Virus record (IMG/VR): IMGVR_UViG_2894708747_000001
Source: a virus
Lineage: Duplodnaviria > Caudoviricetes
Direction: 5' to 3' (one strand)
Length of the DNA stretch: 64,000 nucleotides
Made by a program: the position numbers and the translations under genes. The notes beneath the pieces are model-generated. The model saw only the letters and a list, made by a program, of their open reading frames with translations, did not search any database and was not told the origin of the DNA. This document shows positions 58,364 to 64,000 of the stretch, piece after piece. Each line of letters starts with the position of its first letter. The stretch's first letter is position 1.

Positions 58364-58960
58364 ATGAGTATTTTTAATGGGCGGCGGGTTAGTCCTGTTA
58401 GTCAGGATTTTATTTGGGTAGCAGAGTATGCAGACGGTAGTAATATCGCAGAATTTGATTTACTAACCCGAAAGGAAAATAGTTTTTATAGTATTCAGCG
58501 TGATAAATTAATTCGTTTTGGTTTAATTGGACATGGTATGGGATTATATTATGAAGTGCCTGGAGGAATTTTTAAGTTAAATGGTCGTATGATCGAATTA
58601 ATTTATAAAACGAAGGTAAGAGAATATTATTTAACAGGCCACTCCAAAATGTATAATGATATTATTACTTACAAGGATGCGGAAGCGGTTTTGAAGTTAG
58701 ACGGAACGACACAAAGTAATATTACACAATTTAATTTTGGTTATAAGCAAGAATTGGAGTTTGAGGATGGGCTAAAATTTAATTTGCGGGTGTTATGTAA
58801 AATTCCTTATAACCGACCTGTTTATATGAATATCAGGTTGGTAGCTAATAAAGAGATATGTGGTTTTTTACACATTAAAAGAAACGGTTTGGTGTGTGAC
58901 GTATTTGAAGCCCCCCTTCGTAAGGGAGTAGGTGGCGAATTAAATTGGGTAGTAAGGTAA
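58364..58960 (+). CDS. hypothetical protein
   Basis: 198-aa ORF, GGGGG RBS. Confidence 0.7.
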   Translation: MSIFNGRRVSPVSQDFIWVAEYADGSNIAEFDLLTRKENSFYSIQRDKLIRFGLIGHGMGLYYEVPGGIFKLNGRMIELIYKTKVREYYLTGHSKMYNDIITYKDAEAVLKLDGTTQSNITQFNFGYKQELEFEDGLKFNLRVLCKIPYNRPVYMNIRLVANKEICGFLHIKRNGLVCDVFEAPLRKGVGGELNWVVR

Positions 58961-59007
58961 ATTGCGAGGGGATGGGGCGGGGTTCCAATACAATGGAAGT
59001 GATATAA

Positions 59008-60756
59008 ATGGACAATTTACAAAGTAGAATTATTCTTTTGGCCCGTAATAGGATGATGGGGCGGGCGATTTTAGAGAAACTGCGAGAATTTGATTTATCT
59101 TCCACCATTAGACTTAGAATAAATAATGACTTACAGGGTAAAATTGGGATAAATCCTCATAGTAGAATGGTGGGTGTGGCTGAAGTTATTCAGCCGCCTA
59201 CTACAAAAGAAATTTTTGCCCCTGTAGCTGATGCTTTTATTCGTGATGGTGTTCCGAAGCTAAACTATGGTGTTGAAGAAGATATATTTATAGGTCGAAG
59301 TGGTGGGGGGGAAGTTTTTCGTTCTTTTATCAGATTTGATATAAGCACTTTACCTCCAGGCCAGATAATTAAGAGAGCAGAACTGGTTTTATATCCTGCT
59401 TCTACTAATTATACTAATGAATTAGGTCTTTATGAAATTGGTAGTTCATGGAATGAATACTCAGTAACGTGGGATAATCAGCCTAGTAACTTGGATTTAG
59501 TTGGTGTTTTTAATAGTGGAATTAATGAAACTATTACGGTTGATGTTACTGATATAGTCACATCCTGGTATAAACAAACTAAAGTAAATAATGGTTTGCT
59601 TATTAAAGCCTTAGATGAAACTAATGCTGTTATTGCTCGTTATTATGCAAGGGAAAGTTATCTTCCGCCTCAGTTAGTTGTTTATTATTACAATCCAAGT
59701 ATACAGATGAGCGTGGGGCGGGGTAATTTAGCTGGTACTATTATTGTTAAAAAGGAAGAAAGTAATGATTTAATAAGCGAAATACAGGTTAAGAGTTATT
59801 GGGGTAAAAGTGAACTACCTGCTAAGTTAAATGTGTCTGATCCAACTTCTTTGGATTGCACTATTAGAGTTAATAAACCTAATCTTATATCGTCAATTAA
59901 TGTAATTTATACTACTAAAGATAACCTGGAATCAACTGTCAAAGTTGCTTTAAAATCTGCTGTAGATTGTCTCGCTTTTATAGCTGTTTCGAGAGATTTT
60001 ATATCGGGTAATATTAATGTGCCTCACCACAATGACTTAATGGCGGCAATTACAGTTCGGAGTGGTGCAGTGAGTGATTTATTAGGCTGGGCGGGGATAA
60101 GTAGATCTGTTCTAAATGGTATTATTGAAGTACCGAATAGAAATGATCTTCACAGTACAGTAGTGGTATACAATCTAACGGGGTATAATACGCCTAGTCA
60201 AATTTGGGTTCCTTTAAGATATAACATTCCTGCTCGATTAGAAGTTATAGGGGCCAGTAAATTACTAAGTAGTATAATTGTTGTTTCAGGATTTATAGCT
60301 TCTACTATTACTGTTATTAGAAAAGAAAGTAGTGATCTAGCTGGCCAGGTTACTGTTAGGTATGCCTCATATGAAGAGACTGTTTCAAGTTTGAGTGTAC
60401 GACATAGTAGTTATGATGATGTTTCTTCTAGTTTGGTAGTATATATTGTTGGTGAAAAAGATTTATTAGGAGTATTATCTGTTAGAGGTACTTCTAATCT
60501 AGAGAGTTTTATAATTATAAAACAGGAATCTTACAAAGATTTAATAGGTTATGTTCAACCTATTTACCATAATGACGTTGAATCTGAAGTTGTTGTCAAG
60601 CAATTAGCTTCTACAGATTTGGATAGTATTCTTTTAAGTAGAAGGGCTGATGGTCGTGAGCTTCCTGGGGTTATCTTATCACGAGTAAAATTTGCTAATG
60701 ATTTACAAGCAGAAATTTATGTTTTTCGCTTTGGAGCTTACGCCTTTATAATGTAA
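59008..60756 (+). CDS. DNRLRE/CBM96-like domain protein with repetitive beta-strand C-terminus
   Basis: DAFIRDGxPxxNYG, RSFIRFD, WNEYSVTWDNQP, NNGLLI, PQLVVYY; short xDLxSxIxV repeats. Confidence 0.75.
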   Translation: MDNLQSRIILLARNRMMGRAILEKLREFDLSSTIRLRINNDLQGKIGINPHSRMVGVAEVIQPPTTKEIFAPVADAFIRDGVPKLNYGVEEDIFIGRSGGGEVFRSFIRFDISTLPPGQIIKRAELVLYPASTNYTNELGLYEIGSSWNEYSVTWDNQPSNLDLVGVFNSGINETITVDVTDIVTSWYKQTKVNNGLLIKALDETNAVIARYYARESYLPPQLVVYYYNPSIQMSVGRGNLAGTIIVKKEESNDLISEIQVKSYWGKSELPAKLNVSDPTSLDCTIRVNKPNLISSINVIYTTKDNLESTVKVALKSAVDCLAFIAVSRDFISGNINVPHHNDLMAAITVRSGAVSDLLGWAGISRSVLNGIIEVPNRNDLHSTVVVYNLTGYNTPSQIWVPLRYNIPARLEVIGASKLLSSIIVVSGFIASTITVIRKESSDLAGQVTVRYASYEETVSSLSVRHSSYDDVSSSLVVYIVGEKDLLGVLSVRGTSNLESFIIIKQESYKDLIGYVQPIYHNDVESEVVVKQLASTDLDSILLSRRADGRELPGVILSRVKFANDLQAEIYVFRFGAYAFIM

Positions 60757-60780
60757 GGGGTAGTTTAACTACCCCTTACA
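60752..60780. terminator. palindrome between convergent genes (bidirectional terminator)
   Basis: TGTAAGGGGTAGTT-T-AACTACCCCTTACA. Confidence 0.6.
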
Positions 60781-61342
60781 CTTCTCTGATTTCTAAATTA
60801 ATGCGGTATTGAATCCCACTTTCATCTAGAGCGGCACTTAATTTCATAAGTTTGTCAATTAGGTTCTTACCTTCATATTCTCCCCGAAGAATTAAGATAA
60901 ACTTATCTGATGGTTCTGTTTCACTGGTATCGGGTTGATAGATTTCTAATTGATGAGCTTTTTTATAGGTAGTTTTTCTACGGGTGCTTCCTACAGGCAG
61001 ATTAAGTTCACGTACTATATTATAAAATTTTCCTTTAGATATGCCCCATATTTTAATTATTTCTTCAGCACTTTTCTCTTCCCGCCATTTTTGTAGGACT
61101 TCGGCTTGTTTTTCTCGGTTTAGTTGTTGAAATTCATCAAAAGAAAGTATTTCATCATACATAGAGTAAATTCGCACCTCACTCGGTTGAGTATATTTTT
61201 GGGCTTCTTCACCTTGTAATAATTCAAAAGGCATGTAAATGCGACCAGTTTTTCCTGTACGAGAGGCTCGACCGTGAACACCTGTAGCGGCTCGTTTTTG
61301 TTCACGTTGTTCTTCTTTCAGTAATTTTTCTATTTCATTCAT
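60776..61342 (-). CDS. hypothetical protein with HTH-like segment
   Basis: SAEEIIKIWGISKGKFYNIV; coupled to the recombinase gene. Confidence 0.7.
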   Translation of the reverse strand: MNEIEKLLKEEQREQKRAATGVHGRASRTGKTGRIYMPFELLQGEEAQKYTQPSEVRIYSMYDEILSFDEFQQLNREKQAEVLQKWREEKSAEEIIKIWGISKGKFYNIVRELNLPVGSTRRKTTYKKAHQLEIYQPDTSETEPSDKFILILRGEYEGKNLIDKLMKLSAALDESGIQYRINLEIREV

Positions 61343-62186
61343 TAGACACCTTCTCCCTAGCGTGTGGGTGGAAGCGGAGATATTCTAGTCGATTTCGGGT
61401 ATTACTAACTTTAGTATATAAATTAGTGGTATTGGGGCTGGCGTGACCAGCTAAGTCTTGAATGACTTTTAATTCAGCGCCCGCTTTGTATAAGTGACTA
61501 CAAAACGAGTGACGAAATTTGTGGGGGGTGATGTTTTCTTGTTTTATTTTTTGTGCCCACTTTTTTACTATGTCATTGACTTGACGGGTGGATAGGTGGT
61601 TATTTTTACGGCCTGGAAAAAGCCATTTACTATTGTGAGTTTGTATAAGTTCTTTGATAAGCATTAAGATTTTAGGATAGAGAGGAATAATTCGTTCCTT
61701 ATTACCTTTACCAATCACTCTAAGACTACCTTCTTGAAGGTCTATATCACTAATTTTAATATTGACGAGTTCTTCTCTTCTTATTCCTGTAGCATACAAA
61801 ATTTCCATGATAGTTCTATCTCTTAGGTTGTCTGGAGCATTAATAAGTTTTTCTATTGTTTGTTCGTCTATAGGATGGGGCAGTCGTTGTTCTGTTTTTG
61901 CTGTTTCTATGAGGGCGGCAGGGTTTTGGTCTATAATACCTTTACGAAGCATTACATTAAAAAAGGTTTTAATCGCGGATAATTTTCTATTAGCGGTGGC
62001 GACTGAGACTCCTTTCATATGTAGATTCACGAGAAAAGCTGAAATGTCGTCGGGAACAATTTTTTCAGGTGTTTTGTTTATAAATCGGAAAAACTGTTGA
62101 ATATCAGAGAGATATGCACTAACTGTGTTATGAGAAAAGTTTTTTTCTATTTCAAGGTAAAGTTGAAATTTCTCTAGGTAGTTCAA
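61335..62186 (-). CDS. XerC/XerD-family tyrosine recombinase
   Basis: SAM-like N-domain, YATGIRREEL, GKGNKER, HKFRHSF, LAGHA, TNLY; 283 aa with no arm-binding domain. Confidence 0.92.
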   Translation of the reverse strand: MNYLEKFQLYLEIEKNFSHNTVSAYLSDIQQFFRFINKTPEKIVPDDISAFLVNLHMKGVSVATANRKLSAIKTFFNVMLRKGIIDQNPAALIETAKTEQRLPHPIDEQTIEKLINAPDNLRDRTIMEILYATGIRREELVNIKISDIDLQEGSLRVIGKGNKERIIPLYPKILMLIKELIQTHNSKWLFPGRKNNHLSTRQVNDIVKKWAQKIKQENITPHKFRHSFCSHLYKAGAELKVIQDLAGHASPNTTNLYTKVSNTRNRLEYLRFHPHAREKVSNE

Positions 62187-62206
62187 ATGACATCCCTCCT
62201 TCTGTA

Positions 62207-62235
62207 ATTGTAAAGCCTGGTTTAACCTATGTCAA
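62207..62235 (-). promoter_or_regulatory. sigmaA-type promoter for the recombinase operon
   Basis: TTGACA-N17-TACAAT. Confidence 0.7.
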
Positions 62236-62255
62236 TAGAAATTTTGCAGGTGGTA

Positions 62256-62283
62256 CTTAATTTTCAAGAAGAAGGTTCGTATA
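62256..62283 (+). promoter_or_regulatory. putative phage (middle-type) promoter of the replication genes
   Basis: CTTAA-N17-CGTATA. Confidence 0.45.
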
Positions 62284-62305
62284 AAATTCATAGGGGGTTA
62301 GTTTT

Positions 62306-63355
62306 ATGGACTTGTTTGATGTTCGATTTGCGTCTACGGAAAAAGAGTTTATTTATAATTTCGGTGTTAATCGTGGTCATTCTCTTTCTTATGCTAAGGT
62401 AAACAGGTGTTTGTTTTTATCGGATGCCGCGAAACAGTTGTACCATAGTTTATGTGACTATGCTTATGGTGAAAGAAAAGACTGCTACCCTAGTCAGGCC
62501 CTTTTACGATTGGGGTTGGGGTGGAGTAAACAAACTCTTAGTAATCACTTAAAAGAGTTAGAAAAAATGGGTTTTATTACTATAGAAAAAGAAGGGTTTG
62601 GAAAACCAGCTAAGTATAACCTGCAAGAACTTCATAAAATACCTGCTTTATATCATTCGGAAATTATTTACTCTATTCGTCCCACTAGTACAGAGGAACT
62701 GGAAAAGTTTTATACGGCGGTGGTGGAGTATAAAAAATCAGATCTTTGTAGAGAAATTATGGATTCGGCTAATCCGCTGGCTTATATGGAACAAATAAAA
62801 TTGTGGTTTAAAACTTTTTTGGGGTTAGATAATACAAGTAATTCCTCTGAAGAAGAAAAAGTAGAAGAAGTGAAGGATAAATCCTCTAAAAGTAATAAAG
62901 TGAAGTTAACAACACCTAAAGTTTTTAAAGTTGATCCATTAATCCAAGAAGAAAATCTTATAATCTCTAAAAAGAAACGGCGGAGATTGAGCTATAAAGA
63001 AATTGATGTGGAAGATTGGAATACTAATCATTTTGTGGCTTATTTTGAGGATCTTTATTGGGAAAAGTATCATGCTCCTTATATAACCACTAAAGCTGAT
63101 CGGGGGGCGATGAAACGGCTTTTAAATAGTGGTAAAAGTAAAGCGATGCTTAAACAACATATTGAGAATTTCATTTCTCTTGATTTCTTTGAGGCTCCGA
63201 CAATAACTAGTTTCAGTTCCAGTTATGTGCAGGCTGTTTTGGATACTTATTTAAGTACAAGAAGATTGCCTACATTTAAGCGAAAGAGTAATCATGGCGG
63301 GAAGATTAATGAAGAATGGGCGCGGGGTTTGGATGAATTAATGGATAGTGATTAG
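62306..63355 (+). CDS. winged-HTH replication initiator
   Basis: LSDAAKQLY...CYPSQALL...LKELEKMGFI; upstream of the DnaC-like gene. Confidence 0.75.
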   Translation: MDLFDVRFASTEKEFIYNFGVNRGHSLSYAKVNRCLFLSDAAKQLYHSLCDYAYGERKDCYPSQALLRLGLGWSKQTLSNHLKELEKMGFITIEKEGFGKPAKYNLQELHKIPALYHSEIIYSIRPTSTEELEKFYTAVVEYKKSDLCREIMDSANPLAYMEQIKLWFKTFLGLDNTSNSSEEEKVEEVKDKSSKSNKVKLTTPKVFKVDPLIQEENLIISKKKRRRLSYKEIDVEDWNTNHFVAYFEDLYWEKYHAPYITTKADRGAMKRLLNSGKSKAMLKQHIENFISLDFFEAPTITSFSSSYVQAVLDTYLSTRRLPTFKRKSNHGGKINEEWARGLDELMDSD

Positions 63356-63363
63356 GGGGGTTA

Positions 63364-64000
63364 ATGATGCCGCCTTATACAGAATGTGAGAATTGTGTTG
63401 CGACAGGTTTTTGTAAAGCTTATTCGGGGGAAGTGGTTTTAACTAATAAAAAAAACTGGTGTAGTGCCCGTTTTAGGCTTTATAAGGCTTTAAAGTTAGC
63501 ACAAATACCGATTGAGTATTGGCGTGCTAATCTTACCAACTATATTTTAGATAAAGATAACGAGAAGGTTTACCAAAAGATAAAACCTAAATTGGGTAAT
63601 ATTGTGGAAGAAGTTAAGCGAGGATTTAATTTATTTTTCTATAGCGATAAATTCGGGACGGGAAAGACTTACCATGCGGCCATGTTTCTTAACCACTATA
63701 TTTACAAGGTGTGCTTAACTAGGGAGTTCGATTTTGAAACCCCACCTGCTTTATTTGTAGTTTATCCAGACTTAATGGATAAATTGCGGATGTATAAGGA
63801 TGAGATGCAGGATTACTTGACGTGGGTAAAAGAGGTTCCCTTAGTGCTTTTTGATGATATTGGAGCTGGAACAATGACTGATTTTACTCGTGAACAGACT
63901 TATTTGATCTTGAATCATCGCTTTAATAATCGACTATCCACCATTATTACTTCTAATCTATCCCTTTCAAAATTGGGTCAAGATACTGCCTTGGGTGAAC
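63364..64000 (+). CDS. dnaC: DnaC/IstB-like helicase loader ATPase (partial)
   Basis: Translated by hand: GTGKT Walker A, LVLFDDIG Walker B, TIITSN; truncated by the window end. Confidence 0.85.
   Translation, partial: MMPPYTECENCVATGFCKAYSGEVVLTNKKNWCSARFRLYKALKLAQIPIEYWRANLTNYILDKDNEKVYQKIKPKLGNIVEEVKRGFNLFFYSDKFGTGKTYHAAMFLNHYIYKVCLTREFDFETPPALFVVYPDLMDKLRMYKDEMQDYLTWVKEVPLVLFDDIGAGTMTDFTREQTYLILNHRFNNRLSTIITSNLSLSKLGQDTALGE

Noticed and set aside
38808-60756. Lysis cassette or tail sheath
   Set aside because: No holin/endolysin pair or sheath protein recognised; the hydrolase domains are part of a tail protein
61335-62186. Classical prophage integrase with adjacent att site and repressor
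   Set aside because: No arm-binding domain, no adjacent CI/Cro pair or host junction; fits a Xer-type resolvase better
21691-62798. Many short antisense or alternate-frame ORFs inside structural genes
   Set aside because: Shadow ORFs fully overlapping well-supported genes
1-64000. Stop-codon reassignment
   Set aside because: Long genes are intact in code 11, and TAA, TAG and TGA all serve as normal stops

Overview
A 64-kb piece of a large tailed dsDNA phage, probably infecting Bacillota (strong GGAGG/GGGGG ribosome-binding sites, virion SLH domains). It looks siphovirus-like: a 2246-aa tape measure protein and no sheath gene. Layout: (i) 1-9.3 kb, leftward early/accessory genes, including a Zn-repeat amidoligase plus class-II glutamine amidotransferase pair and tiny membrane peptides; (ii) 7.6-9.75 kb, a mostly non-coding, compositionally distinct block of nested inverted repeats. 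Two short ORFs there are each clamped in a ~30-bp stem, and the block also holds GCGTAGC mini-hairpins and a palindromic dif-like site; (iii) 10.4-11.05 kb, an apparent ncRNA operon (tRNA-Asn plus four stem-closed unknown RNAs); (iv) 12-16 kb, leftward accessory genes with an odd 8/5 tRNA-like element; (v) 16.3-60.8 kb, packaging, head and tail genes, with an iteron/AT-rich origin-like region after terL; (vi) a Xer-type recombinase, a replication initiator and a DnaC-like loader. All calls come from reading motifs by eye; no database search or folding program was run.
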